Positions 11,953-27,600 of a DNA stretch of 64,000 bases are shown in pieces. The notes under the pieces are model-generated. The model saw only the letters and a program-made list of their open reading frames with translations, was not told where the DNA came from and did not search any database. Source of the stretch: Auanema rhodensis (taxonomy: Eukaryota; Animalia; Nematoda); assembly GCA_964057225.1 (NCBI GenBank), contig OZ059900.1:24056001-24120000 (forward strand), written 5' to 3'. The first letter of the stretch is position 1, and each line of letters starts with the position of its first letter. The position numbers and the translations under genes are program-made.

Positions 11953-12639
11953 ACTCATGCAATGTCAATGAAACCTAGCTCAAAATTGTTTGTACAACGT
12001 CTAGTTCCACTTTCACGACAAAAAAACAGGGGTTAGAAAATTAAGGAAATTAGCATATTCTGAGGGCACGCCCCTTATGGCTAATATTGATTAAATCGAT
12101 TTTTGTTCATATGAGTCGTCAAATGCAACGAATTTCAGCGTGTTACAAACTAAAATGAAGCATTTTACATGCTGAACACTAGAAAAATACAAAAACACAG
12201 TGTTTCCCATGAGAAATATTTTATTATGCTGGAAAACCAGTTTTTGGAAATTTCGCTGTAAACAAGGTTTTGACTTACGATTTCATGTGTTCAAACTCAT
12301 GCAATGTCAATGAAACCTAGCTCAAAATTGTTCGTACAACGTCTAGTTCCACTTTCACGACAAAAAAACAGGGGTTAGAAAATTAAGGAAATTAGCATAT
12401 TCTGAGGGCACGCCCCTTATGACTAATATTGATTAAATCGATTTTTGTTCATATGAGTCGTCAAATGCAACGAATTTCAGCGTGTTACATACTAAAATGA
12501 AGCATTTTACATGCTGAACACTAGAAAAATACAAAAACACAGTATTCCCCATGAGAAATATTTTATTATGCTGGAAAACCAGTTTTTGGAAATTTCGCTG
12601 TAAACAAGGTTTTGACTTACGATTTCATGTGTTCAAACT

Positions 12640-15600
12640 CATGCAATGTCAATGAAACCTAGCTCAAAATTGTTCGTACAACGTCTAGTTCCACTTTCAC
12701 GACAAAAAAACCGGGGTTAGAAAATTAAGGAAATTAGCATATTCTGAGGGCACGCCCCTTATGGCTAATATTGATTAAATCGATTTTTGTTCATATGAGT
12801 CGTCAAATGCAACGAATTTCAGCGTGTTACATACTAAAATGAAGCATTTTACATGCTGAACACTAGAAAAATACAAAAACACAGTATTTCCCATGAGAAA
12901 TATTTTATTATGCTGGAAAACCAGTTTTTGGAAATTTCGCTGTAAACAAGGTTTTGACTTACGATTTCATGTGTTCAAACTCATGCAATGTCAATGAAAC
13001 CTAGCTCAAAATTGTTCGTACAACGTCTAGTTCCACTTTCACGACAAAAAAACAGGGGTTAGAAAATTAAGGAAATTAGCATATTCTGAGGGCACGCCCC
13101 TTATGGCTAATATTGATTAAATCGATTTTTGTTCATATGAGTCGTCAAATGCAACGAATTTCAGCGTGTTACATACTAAAATGAAGCATTTTACATGCTG
13201 AACACTAGAAAAATACAAAAACACAGTATTTCAAATGAGAAATATTTTATTATGCTGGAAAACCAGTTTTTGGAAAGTTCGCTGTAAACAAGGTTTTGAC
13301 TTACGATTTCATGTGTTCAAACTCATGCAATGTCAATGAAACCTAGCTCAAAATTGTTCGTACAACGTCTAGTTCCACTTTCACGACAAAAAAACAGGTG
13401 TTAGAAAATTAAGGAAATTAGCATATTCTGAGGGCACGCCCCTTATGGCTAATATTGATTAAATCGATTTTTGTTCATATGAGTCGTCAAATGCAACGAA
13501 TTTCAGCGTGTTACAAACTAAAATGAAGCATTTTACATGCTGAACACTAGAAAAATACAAAAACACAGTATTCCCCATGAGAAATATTTTATTATGCTGG
13601 AAAACCAGTTTTTGGAAATTTCGCTGTAAACAAGGTTTTGACTTACGATTTCATGTGTTCAAACTCATGCAATGTCAATGAAACCTAGCTCAAAATTGTT
13701 CGTACAACGTCTAGTTCCACTTTCACGACAAAAAAACAGGGGTTAGAAAATTAAGGAAATTAGCATATTCTGAGGGCACGCCCCTTATGGCTAATATTGA
13801 TTAAATCGATTTTTGTTCATATGAGTCGTCAAATGCAACGAATTTCAGCGTGTTACATACTAAAATGAAGCATTTTACATGCTGAACACTAGAAAAATAC
13901 AAAAACACAGTATTTCCCATGAGAAATATTTTATTATGCTGGAAAACCAGTTTTTGGAAATTTCGCTGTAAACAAGGTTTTGACTTACGATTTCATGTGT
14001 TCAAACTCATGCAATGTCAATGAAACCTAGCTCAAAATTGTTCGTACAACGTCTAGTTCCACTTTCACGACAAAAAAACAGGGGTTAGAAAATTAAGGAA
14101 ATTAGCATATTCTGAGGGCACGCCCCTTATGGCTAATATTGATTAAATCGATTTTTGTTCATATGAGTCGTCAAATGCAACGAATTTCAGCGTGTTACAT
14201 ACTAAAATGAAGCATTTTACATGCTGAACACTAGAAAAATACAAAAACACAGTATTTCAAATGAGAAATATTTTATTATGCTGGAAAACCAGTTTTTGGA
14301 AATTTCGCTGTAAACAAGGTTTTGACTTACGATTTCATGTGTTCAAACTCATGCAATGTCAATGAAACCTAGCTCAAAATTGTTCGTACAACGTCTAGTT
14401 CCACTTTCACGACAAAAAAACAGGGGTTAGAAAATTAAGGAAATTAGCATATTCTGAGGGCACGCCCGTTATGGCTAATATTGATTAAATCGATTTTTGT
14501 TCATATGAGTCGTCAAATGCAACGAATTTCAGCGTGTTACAAACTAAAATGAAGCATTTTACATGCTGAACACTAGAAAAATACAAAAACACAGTGTTTC
14601 CCATGAGAAATATTTTATTATGCTGGAAAACCAGTTTTTGGAAATTTCGCTGTAAACAAGGTTTTGACTTACGATTTCATGTGTTCAAACTCATGCAATG
14701 TCAATGAAACCTAGCTCAAAATTGTTCGTACAACGTCTAGTTCCACTTTCACGACAAAAAAACAGGGGTTAGAAAATTAAGGAAATTAGCATATTCTGAG
14801 GGCACGCCCCTCATGGCTAATATTGATTAAATCGATTTTTGTTCATATGAGTCGTCAAATGCAACGAATTTCAGCGTGTTACATACTAAAATGAAGCATT
14901 TTACATGCTGAACACTAGAAAAATACAAAAACACAGTATTTCCCATGAGAAATATTTTATTATGCTGGAAAACCAGTTTTTGGAAATTTCGCTGTAAACA
15001 AGGTTTTGACTTACGATTTCATGTGTTCAAACTCATGCAATGTCAATGAAACCTAGCTCAAAATTGTTCGTACAACGTCTAGTTCCACTTTCACGACAAA
15101 AAAACAGGGGTTAGAAAATTAAGGAAATTAGCATATTCTGAGGGCACGCCCCTTATGGCTAATATTGATTAAATCGATTTTTGTTCATATGAGTCGTCAA
15201 ATGCAACGAATTTCAGCGTGTTACATACTAAAATGAAGCATTTTACATGCTGAACACTAGAAAAATACAAAAACACAGTATTCCCCATGAGAAATATTTT
15301 ATTATGCTGGAAAACCAGTTTTTGGAAATTTCGCTGTAAACAAGGTTTTGACTTACGATTTCATGTGTTCAAACTCATGCAATGTCAATGAAACCTAGCT
15401 CAAAATTGTTCGTACAACGTCTAGTTCCACTTTCACGACAAAAAAACAGGGGTTAGAAAATTAAGGAAATTAGCATATTCTGAGGGCACGCCCCTTATGG
15501 CTAATATTGATTAAATCGATTTTTGTTCATATGAGTCGTCAAATGCAACGAATTTCAGCGTGTTACATACTAAAATGAAGCATTTTACATGCTGAACACT

Positions 15601-18300
15601 AGAAAAATACAAAAACACAGTATTTCCCATGAGAAATATTTTATTATGCTGGAAAACCAGTTTTTGGAAATTTCGCTGTAAACAAGGTTTTGACTTACGA
15701 TTTCATGTGTTCAAACTCATGCAATGTCAATGAAACCTAGCTCAAAATTGTTCGTACAACGTCTAGTTCCACTTTCACGACAAAAAAACAGGGGTTAGAA
15801 AATTAAGGAAATTAGCATATTCTGAGGGCACGCCCCTTATGGCTAATATTGATTAAATCGATTTTTGTTCATATGAGTCGTCAAATGCAACGAATTTCAG
15901 CGTGTTACATACTAAAATGAAGCATTTTACATGCTGAACACTAGAAAAATACAAAAACACAGTATTTCCCATGAGAAATATTTTATTATGCTGGAAAACC
16001 AGTTTTTGGAAATTTCGCTGTAAACAAGGTTTTGACTTACGATTTCATGTGTTCAAACTCATGCAATGTCAATGAAACCTAGCTCAAAATTGTTCGTACA
16101 ACGTCTAGTTCCACTTTCACGACAAAAAAACAGGGGTTAGAAAATTAAGGAAATTAGCATATTCTGAGGGCACGCCCCTTATGGCTAATATTGATTAAAT
16201 CGATTTTTGTTCATATGAGTCGTCAAATGCAACGAATTTCAGCGTGTTACATACTAAAATGAAGCATTTTACATGCTGAACACTAGAAAAATACAAAAAC
16301 ACAGTATTTCAAATGAGAAATATTTTATTATGCTGGAAAACCAGTTTTTGGAAATTTCGCTGTAAACAAGGTTTTGACTTACGATTTCATGTGTTCAAAC
16401 TCATGCAATGTCAATGAAACCTAGCTCAAAATTGTTCGTACAACGTCTAGTTCCACTTTCACGACAAAAAAACAGGGGTTAGAAAATTAAGGAAATTAGC
16501 ATATTCTGAGGGCACGCCCCTTATGGCTAATATTGATTAAATCGATTTTTGTTCATATGAGTCGTCAAATGCAACGAATTTCAGCGTGTTACAAACTAAA
16601 ATGAAGCATTTTACATGCTGAACACTAGAAAAATACAAAAACACAGTATTCCCCATGAGAAATATTTTATTATGCTGGAAAACCAGTTTTTGGAAATTTC
16701 GCTGTAAACAAGGTTTTGACTTACGATTTCATGTGTTCAAACTCATGCAATGTCAATGAAACCTAGCTCAAAAATGTTCGTACAACGTCTAGTTCCACTT
16801 TCACGACAAAAAAACAGGGGTTAGAAAATTAAGGAAATTAGCATATTCTGAGGGCACGCCCCTTATGGCTAATATTGATTAAATCGATTTTTGTTCATAT
16901 GAGTCGTCAAATGCAACGAATTTCAGCGTGTTACATACTAAAATGAAGCATTTTACATGCTGAACACTAGAAAAATACAAAAACACAGTATTTCCCATGA
17001 GAAATATTTTATTATGCTGGAAAACCAGTTTTTGGAAATTTCGCTGTAAACAAGGTTTTGACTTACGATTTCATGTGTTCAAACTCATGCAATGTCAATG
17101 AAACCTAGCTCAAAATTGTTCGTACAACGTCTAGTTCCACTTTCACGACAAAAAAACAGGGGTTAGAAAATTAAGGAAATTAGCATATTCTGAGGGCACG
17201 CCCCTTATGGCTAATATTGATTAAATCGATTTTTGTTCATATGAGTCGTCAAATGCAACGAATTTCAGCGTGTTACATACTAAAATGAAGCATTTTACAT
17301 GCTGAACACTAGAAAAATACAAAAACACAGTATTTCAAATGAGAAATATTTTATTATGCTGGAAAACCAGTTTTTGGAAATTTCGCTGTAAACAAGGTTT
17401 TGACTTACGATTTCATGTGTTCAAACTCATGCAATGTCAATGAAACCTAGCTCAAAATTGTTCGTACAACGTCTAGTTCCACTTTCACGACAAAAAAACA
17501 GGGGTTAGAAAATTAAGGAAATTAGCATATTCTGAGGGCACGCCCCTTATGGCTAATATTGATTAAATCGATTTTTGTTCATATGAGTCGTCAAATGCAA
17601 CGAATTTCAGCGTGTTACAAACTAAAATGAAGCATTTTACATGCTGAACACTAGAAAAATACAAAAACACAGTATTTCCCATGAGAAATATTTTATTATG
17701 CTGGAAAACCAGTTTTTGGAAATTTCGCTGTAAACAAGGTTTTGACTTACGATTTCATGTGTTCAAACTCATGCAATGTCAATGAAACCTAGCTCAAAAT
17801 TGTTCGTACAACGTCTAGTTCCACTTTCACGACAAAAAAACAGGGGTTAGAAAATTAAGGAAATTAGCATATTCTGAGGGCACGCCCCTCATGGCTAATA
17901 TTGATTAAATCGATTTTTGTTCATATGAGTCGTCAAATGCAACGAATTTCAGCGTGTTACATACTAAAATGAAGCATTTTACATGCTGAACACTAGAAAA
18001 ATACAAAAACACAGTATTTCCCATGAGAAATATTTTATTATGCTGGAAAACCAGTTTTTGGAAATTTCGCTGTAAACAAGGTTTTGACTTACGATTTCAT
18101 GTGTTCAAACTCATGCAATGTCAATGAAACCTAGCTCAAAATTGTTCGTACAACGTCTAGTTCCACTTTCACGACAAAAAAACAGGGGTTAGAAAATTAA
18201 GGAAATTAGCATATTCTGAGGGCACGCCCCTTATGGCTAATATTGATTAAATCGATTTTTGTTCATATGAGTCGTCAAATGCAACGAATTTCAGCGTGTT
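12640..18300. repeat. 9-monomer (3078-bp) duplication, boundaries approximate
   Basis: The tttcaaatgag double substitution is at 13233/16311 and 14259/17337, ttcccc at 13573/16651, and cctcatgg at 14812/17890. All are offset by 3078. Confidence 0.85.
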
Positions 18301-20699
18301 ACAAACTAAAATGAAGCATTTTACATGCTGAACACTAGAAAAATACAAAAACACAGTGTTTCCCATGAGAAATATTTTATTATGCTGGAAAACCAGTTTT
18401 TGGAAATTTCGCTGTAAACAAGGTTTTGACTTACGATTTCATGTGTTCAAACTCATGCAATGTCAATGAAACCTAGCTCAAAATTGTTCGTACAACGTCT
18501 AGTTCCACTTTCACGACAAAAAAACAGGGGTTAGAAAATTAAGGAAATTAGCATATTCTGAGGGCACGCCCCTCATGGCTAATATTGATTAAATCGATTT
18601 TTGTTCATATGAGTCGTCAAATGCAACGAATTTCAGCGTGTTACATACTAAAATGAAGCATTTTACATGCTGAACACTAGAAAAATACAAAAACACAGTA
18701 TTCCCCATGAGAAATATTTTATTATGCTGGAAAACCAGTTTTTGGAAATTTCGCTGTAAACAAGGTTTTGACTTACGATTTCATGTGTTCAAACTCATGC
18801 AATGTCAATGAAACCTAGCTCAAAATTGTTCGTACAACGTCTAGTTCCACTTTCACGACAAAAAAACAGGGGTTAGAAAATTAAGGAAATTAGCATATTC
18901 TGAGGGCACGCCCCTTATGGCTAATATTGATTAAATCGATTTTTGTTCATATGAGTCGTCAAATGCAACGAATTTCAGCGTGTTACAAACTAAAATGAAG
19001 CATTTTACATGCTGAACACTAGAAAAATACAAAAACACAGTATTTCCCATGAGAAATATTTTATTATGCTGGAAAACCAGTTTTTGGAAATTTCGCTGTA
19101 AACAAGGTTTTGACTTACGATTTCATGTGTTCAAACTCATGCAATGTCAATGAAACCTAGCTCAAAATTGTTCGTACAACGTCTAGTTCCACTTTCACGA
19201 CAAAAAAACAGGGGTTAGAAAATTAAGGAAATTAGCATATTCTGAGGGCACGCCCCTCATGGCTAATATTGATTAAATCGATTTTTGTTCATATGAGTCG
19301 TCAAATGCAACGAATTTCAGCGTGTTACATACTAAAATGAAGCATTTTACATGCTGAACACTAGAAAAATACAAAAACACAGTATTCCCCATGAGAAATA
19401 TTTTATTATGCTGGAAAACCAGTTTTTGGAAATTTCGCTGTAAACAAGGTTTTGACTTACGATTTCATGTGTTCAAACTCATGCAATGTCAATGAAACCT
19501 AGCTCAAAATTGTTCGTACAACGTCTAGTTCCACTTTCACGACAAAAAAACAGGGGTTAGAAAATTAAGGAAATTAGCATATTCTGAGGGCACGCCCCTT
19601 ATGGCTAATATTGATTAAATCGATTTTTGTTCATATGAGTCGTCAAATGCAACGAATTTCAGCGTGTTACATACTAAAATGAAGCATTTTACATGCTGAA
19701 CACTAGAAAAATACAAAAACACAGTATTTCCCATGAGAAATATTTTATTATGCTGGAAAACCAGTTTTTGGAAATTTCGCTGTAAACAAGGTTTTGACTT
19801 ACGATTTCATGTGTTCAAACTCATGCAATGTCAATGAAACCTAGCTCAAAATTGTTCGTACAACGTCTAGTTCCACTTTCACGACAAAAAAACAGGGGTT
19901 AGAAAATTAAGGAAATTAGCATATTCTGAGGGCACGCCCCTTATGGCTAATATTGATTAAATCGATTTTTGTTCATATGAGTCGTCAAATGCAACGAATT
20001 TCAGCGTGTTACATACTAAAATGAAGCATTTTACATGCTGAACACTAGAAAAATACAAAAACACAGTATTTCCCATGAGAAATATTTTATTATGCTGGAA
20101 AACCAGTTTTTGGAAATTTCGCTGTAAACAAGGTTTTGACTTACGATTTCATGTGTTCAAACTCATGCAATGTCAATGAAACCTAGCTCAAAATTGTTCG
20201 TACAACGTCTAGTTCCACTTTCACGACAAAAAAACAGGGGTTAGAAAATTAAGGAAATTAGCATATTCTGAGGGCACGCCCCTTATGGCTAATATTGATT
20301 AAATCGATTTTTGTTCATATGAGTCGTCAAATGCAACGAATTTCAGCGTGTTACATACTAAAATGAAGCATTTTACATGCTGAACACTAGAAAAATACAA
20401 AAACACAGTATTTCCCATGAGAAATATTTTATCATGCTGGAAAACCAGTTTTTGGAAATTTCGCTGTAAACAAGGTTTTGACTTACGATTTCATGTGTTC
20501 AAACTCATGCAATGTCAATGAAACCTAGCTCAAAATTGTTTGTACAACGTCTAGTTCCACTTTCACGACAAAAAAACAAGGGTTAGAAAATTAAGGAAAT
20601 TAGCATATTCTGAGGGCACGCCCCTTATGGCTAATATTGATTAAATCGATTTTTGTTCATATGAGTCGTCAAATGCAACGAATTTCAGCGTGTTACATA

Positions 20700-23600
20700 C
20701 TAAAATGAAGCATTTTACATGCTGAACACTAGAAAAATACAAAAACACAGTATTTCCCATGAGAAATATTTTATTATGCTGGAAAACCAGTTTTTGGAAA
20801 TTTCGCTGTAAACAAGGTTTTGACTTACGATTTCATGTGTTCAAACTCATGCAATGTCAATGAAACCTAGCTCAAAATTGTTTGTACAACGTCTAGTTCC
20901 ACTTTCACGACAAAAAAACAGGGGTTAGAAAATTAAGGAAATTAGCATATTCTGAGGGCACGCCCCTTATGGCTAATATTGATTAAATCGATTTTTGTTC
21001 ATATGAGTCGTCAAATGCAACGAATTTCAGCGTGTTACACACTAAAATGAAGCATTTCACATGCTGAACACTAGAAGAATACAAAAACACAGTATTTCCC
21101 ATGAGAAATATTTTATTATGCTGGAAAACCAGTTTTTGGAAATTTCGCTGTAAACAAGGTTTTGACTTACGATTTCATGTGTTCAAACTCATGCAATGTC
21201 AATGAAACCTAGCTCAAAATTGTTTGTACAACGTCTAGTTCCACTTTCACGACAAAAAAACAGGGGTTAGAAAATTAAGGAAATTAGCATATTCTGAGGG
21301 CACGCCCCTTATGGCTAATATTGATTAAATCGATTTTTGTTCATATGAGTCGTCAAATGCAACGAATTTCAGCGTGTTACACACTAAAATGAAGCATTTC
21401 ACATGCTGAACACTAGAAGAATACAAAAACACAGTATTTCCCATGAGAAATATTTTATCATGCTGGAAAACCAGTTTTTGGAAATTTCGCTGTAAACAAG
21501 GTTTTGACTTACGATTTCATGTGTTCAAACTCATGCAATGTCAATGAAACCTAGCTCAAAATTGTTCGTACAACGTCTAGTTCCACTTTCACGACAAAAA
21601 AACGGGGGTTAGAAAATTAAGGAAATTAGCATATTCTGAGGGCACGCCCCTTATGGCTAATATTGATTAAATCGATTTTTGTTCATATGAGTCGTCAAAT
21701 GCAACGAATTTCAGCGTGTTACACACTAAAATGAAGCATTTCACATGCTGAACACTAGAAGAATACAAAAACACAGTATTTCCCATGAGAAATATTTTAT
21801 TATGCTGGAAAACCAGTTTGTGGAAATTTCGCTGTAAACAAGGTTTTGACTTACGATTTCATGTGTTCAAACTCATGCAATGTCAATGAAACCTAGCTCA
21901 AAATTGTTCGTACAACGTCTAGTTCCACTTTCACGACAAAAAAACAGGGGTTAGAAAATTAAGGAAATTAGCATATTCTGAGGGCACGCCCCTTATGGCT
22001 AATATTGATTAAATCGATTTTTGTTCATATGAGTCGTCAAATGCAACGAATTTCAGCGTGTTACATACTAAAATGAAGCATTTTACATGCTGAACACTAG
22101 AAAAATACAAAAACACAGTATTTCCCATGAGAAATATTTTATCATGCTGGAAAACCAGTTTTTGGAAATTTTGCTGTAAACAAGGTTTTGACTTACGATT
22201 TCATGTGTTCAAACTCATGCAATGTCAATGAAACCTAGCTCAAAATTGTTTGTACAACGTCTAGTTCCACTTTCACGACAAAAAAACAAGGGTTAGAAAA
22301 TTAAGGAAATTAGCATATTCTGAGGGCACGCCCCTTATGGCTAATATTGATTAAATCGATTTTTGTTCATATGAGTCGTCAAATGCAACGAATTTCAGCG
22401 TGTTACATACTAAAATGAAGCATTTTACATGCTGAACACTAGAAAAATACAAAAACACAGTATTTCCCATGAGAAATATTTTATTATGCTGGAAAACCAG
22501 TTTTTGGAAATTTCGCTGTAAACAAGGTTTTGACTTACGATTTCATGTGTTCAAACTCATGCAATGTCAATGAAACCTAGCTCAAAATTGTTTGTACAAC
22601 GTCTAGTTCCACTTTCACGACAAAAAAACAGGGGTTAGAAAATTAAGGAAATTAGCATATTCTGAGGGCACGCCCCTTATGGCTAATATTGATTAAATCG
22701 ATTTTTGTTCATATGAGTCGTCAAATGCAACGAATTTCAGCGTGTTACACACTAAAATGAAGCATTTCACATGCTGAACACTAGAAGAATACAAAAACAC
22801 AGTATTTCCCATGAGAAATATTTTATTATGCTGGAAAACCAGTTTTTCGAAATTTCGCTGTAAACAAGGTTTTGACTTACGATTTCATGTGTTCAAACTC
22901 ATGCAATGTCAATGAAACCTAGCTCAAAATTGTTCGTACAACGTCTAGTTCCACTTTCACGACAAAAAAACAAGGGTTAGAAAATTAAGGAAATTAGCAT
23001 ATTCTGAGGGCACGCCCCTTATGGCTAATATTGATTAAATCGATTTTTGTTCATATGAGTCGTCAAATGCAACGAATTTCAGCGTGTTACATACTAAAAT
23101 GAAGCATTTTACATGCTGAACACTAGAAAAATACAAAAACACAGTATTTCCCATGATAAATATTTTATTATGCTGGAAAACCAGTTTTTGGAAATTTCGC
23201 TGTAAACAAGGTTTTGACTTACGATTTCATGTGTTCAAACTCATGCAATGTCAATGAAACCTAGCTCAAAATTGTTCGTACAACGTCTAGTTCCACTTTC
23301 ACGACAAAAAAACAGGGGTTAGAAAATTAAGGAAATTAGCATATTCTGAGGGCACGCCCCTTATGGCTAATATTGATTAAATCGATTTTTGTTCATATGA
23401 GTCGTCAAATGCAACGAATTTCAGCGTGTTACATACTAAAATGAAGCATTTTACATGCTGAACACTAGAAGAATACAAAAACACAGTATTTCCCATGAGA
23501 AATATTTTATTATGCTGGAAAACCAGTTTGTGGAAATTTCGCTGTAAACAAGGTTTTGACTTACGATTTCATGTGTTCAAACTCATGCAATGTCAATGAA

Positions 23601-26600
23601 ACCTAGCTCAAAATTGTTCGTACAACGTCTAGTTCCACTTTCACGACAAAAAAACAGGGGTTAGAAAATTAAGGAAATTAGCATATTCTGAGGGCACGCC
23701 CCTTATGGCTAATATTGATTAAATCGATTTTTGTTCATATGAGTCGTCAAATGCAACGAATTTCAGCGTGTTACATACTAAAATGAAGCATTTTACATGC
23801 TGAACACTAGAAAAATACAAAAACACAGTATTTCCCATGAGAAATATTTTATCATGCTGGAAAACCAGTTTTTGGAAATTTCGCTGTAAACAAGGTTTTG
23901 ACTTACGATTTCATGTGTTCAAACTCATGCAATGTCAATGAAACCTAGCTCAAAATTGTTTGTACAACGTCTAGTTCCACTTTCACGACAAAAAAACAAG
24001 GGTTAGAAAATTAAGGAAATTAGCATATTCTGAGGGCACGCCCCTTATGGCTAATATTGATTAAATCGATTTTTGTTCATATGAGTCGTCAAGTGCAACG
24101 AATTTCAGCGTGTTACATACTAAAATGAAGCATTTTACATGCTGAACACTAGAAAAATACAAAAACACAGTATTTCCCATGAGAAATATTTTATTATGCT
24201 GGAAAACCAGTTTTTGGAAATTTCGCTGTAAACAAGGTTTTGACTTACGATTTCATGTGTTCAAACTCATGCAATGTCAATGAAACCTAGCTCAAAATTG
24301 TTTGTACAACGTCTAGTTCCACTTTCACGACAAAAAAACAGGGGTTAGAAAATTAAGGAAATTAGCATATTCTGAGGGCACGCCCCTTATGGCTAATATT
24401 GATTAAATCGATTTTTGTTCATATGAGTCGTCAAATGCAACGAATTTCAGCGTGTTACACACTAAAATGAAGCATTTCACATGCTGAACACTAGAAGAAT
24501 ACAAAAACACAGTATTTCCCATGAGAAATATTTTATTATGCTGGAAAACCAGTTTTTGGAAATTTCGCTGTAAACAAGGTTTTGACTTACGATTTCATGT
24601 GTTCAAACTCATGCAATGTCAATGAAACCTAGCTCAAAATTGTTTGTACAACGTCTAGTTCCACTTTCACGACAAAAAAACAGGGGTTAGAAAATTAAGG
24701 AAATTAGCATATTCTGAGGGCACGCCCCTTATGGCTAATATTGATTAAATCGATTTTTGTTCATATGAGTCGTCAAATGCAACGAATTTCAGCGTGTTAC
24801 ACACTAAAATGAAGCATTTCACATGCTGAACACTAGAAGAATACAAAAACACAGTATTTCCCATGAGAAATATTTTATCATGCTGGAAAACCAGTTTTTG
24901 GAAATTTCGCTGTAAACAAGGTTTTGACTTACGATTTCATGTGTTCAAACTCATGCAATGTCAATGAAACCTAGCTCAAAATTGTTCGTACAACGTCTAG
25001 TTCCACTTTCACGACAAAAAAACGGGGGTTAGAAAATTAAGGAAATTAGCATATTCTGAGGGCACGCCCCTTATGGCTAATATTGATTAAATCGATTTTT
25101 GTTCATATGAGTCGTCAAATGCAACGAATTTCAGCGTGTTACACACTAAAATGAAGCATTTCACATGCTGAACACTAGAAGAATACAAAAACACAGTATT
25201 TCCCATGAGAAATATTTTATTATGCTGGAAAACCAGTTTGTGGAAATTTCGCTGTAAACAAGGTTTTGACTTACGATTTCATGTGTTCAAACTCATGCAA
25301 TGTCAATGAAACCTAGCTCAAAATTGTTCGTACAACGTCTAGTTCCACTTTCACGACAAAAAAACAGGGGTTAGAAAATTAAGGAAATTAGCATATTCTG
25401 AGGGCACGCCCCTTATGGCTAATATTGATTAAATCGATTTTTGTTCATATGAGTCGTCAAATGCAACGAATTTCAGCGTGTTACATACTAAAATGAAGCA
25501 TTTTACATGCTGAACACTAGAAAAATACAAAAACACAGTATTTCCCATGAGAAATATTTTATCATGCTGGAAAACCAGTTTTTGGAAATTTCGCTGTAAA
25601 CAAGGTTTTGACTTACGATTTCATGTGTTCAAACTCATGCAATGTCAATGAAACCTAGCTCAAAATTGTTTGTACAACGTCTAGTTCCACTTTCACGACA
25701 AAAAAACAAGGGTTAGAAAATTAAGGAAATTAGCATATTCTGAGGGCACGCCCCTTATGGCTAATATTGATTAAATCGATTTTTGTTCATATGAGTCGTC
25801 AAATGCAACGAATTTCAGCGTGTTACATACTAAAATGAAGCATTTTACATGCTGAACACTAGAAAAATACAAAAACACAGTATTTCCCATGAGAAATATT
25901 TTATTATGCTGGAAAACCAGTTTTTGGAAATTTCGCTGTAAACAAGGTTTTGACTTACGATTTCATGTGTTCAAACTCATGCAATGTCAATGAAACCTAG
26001 CTCAAAATTGTTTGTACAACGTCTAGTTCCACTTTCACGACAAAAAAACAGGGGTTAGAAAATTAAGGAAATTAGCATATTCTGAGGGCACGCCCCTTAT
26101 GGCTAATATTGATTAAATCGATTTTTGTTCATATGAGTCGTCAAATGCAACGAATTTCAGCGTGTTACACACTAAAATGAAGCATTTCACATGCTGAACA
26201 CTAGAAGAATACAAAAACACAGTATTTCCCATGAGAAATATTTTATTATGCTGGAAAACCAGTTTTTCGAAATTTCGCTGTAAACAAGGTTTTGACTTAC
26301 GATTTCATGTGTTCAAACTCATGCAATGTCAATGAAACCTAGCTCAAAATTGTTCGTACAACGTCTAGTTCCACTTTCACGACAAAAAAACAAGGGTTAG
26401 AAAATTAAGGAAATTAGCATATTCTGAGGGCACGCCCCTTATGGCTAATATTGATTAAATCGATTTTTGTTCATATGAGTCGTCAAATGCAACGAATTTC
26501 AGCGTGTTACATACTAAAATGAAGCATTTTACATGCTGAACACTAGAAAAATACAAAAACACAGTATTTCCCATGATAAATATTTTATTATGCTGGAAAA

Positions 26601-27600
26601 CCAGTTTTTGGAAATTTCGCTGTAAACAAGGTTTTGACTTACGATTTCATGTGTTCAAACTCATGCAATGTCAATGAAACCTAGCTCAAAATTGTTCGTA
26701 CAACGTCTAGTTCCACTTTCACGACAAAAAAACAGGGGTTAGAAAATTAAGGAAATTAGCATATTCTGAGGGCACGCCCCTTATGGCTAATATTGATTAA
26801 ATCGATTTTTGTTCATATGAGTCGTCAAATGCAACGAATTTCAGCGTGTTACATACTAAAATGAAGCATTTTACATGCTGAACACTAGAAGAATACAAAA
26901 ACACAGTATTTCCCATGAGAAATATTTTATTATGCTGGAAAACCAGTTTGTGGAAATTTCGCTGTAAACAAGGTTTTGACTTACGATTTCATGTGTTCAA
27001 ACTCATGCAATGTCAATGAAACCTAGCTCAAAATTGTTCGTACAACGTCTAGTTCCACTTTCACGACAAAAAAACAGGGGTTAGAAAATTAAGGAAATTA
27101 GCATATTCTGAGGGCACGCCCCTTATGGCTAATATTGATTAAATCGATTTTTGTTCATATGAGTCGTCAAATGCAACGAATTTCAGCGTGTTACATACTA
27201 AAATGAAGCATTTTACATGCTGAACACTAGAAAAATACAAAAACACAGTATTTCCCATGAGAAATATTTTATCATGCTGGAAAACCAGTTTTTGGAAATT
27301 TCGCTGTAAACAAGGTTTTGACTTACGATTTCATGTGTTCAAACTCATGCAATGTCAATGAAACCTAGCTCAAAATTGTTTGTACAACGTCTAGTTCCAC
27401 TTTCACGACAAAAAAACAAGGGTTAGAAAATTAAGGAAATTAGCATATTCTGAGGGCACGCCCCTTATGGCTAATATTGATTAAATCGATTTTTGTTCAT
27501 ATGAGTCGTCAAGTGCAACGAATTTCAGCGTGTTACATACTAAAATGAAGCATTTTACATGCTGAACACTAGAAAAATACAAAAACACAGTATTTCCCAT
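20700..27600. repeat. Near-perfect tandem duplication of a 10-monomer (3420-bp) block, on a 5-mer (1710-bp) periodicity
   Basis: Private SNPs recur at +3420: aacggggg at 21604/25024, catgataaa at 23157/26577 and caagtgc at 24093/27513. The tttgtgg variant recurs every 1710 bp from 21820 to 30370. Confidence 0.93.
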
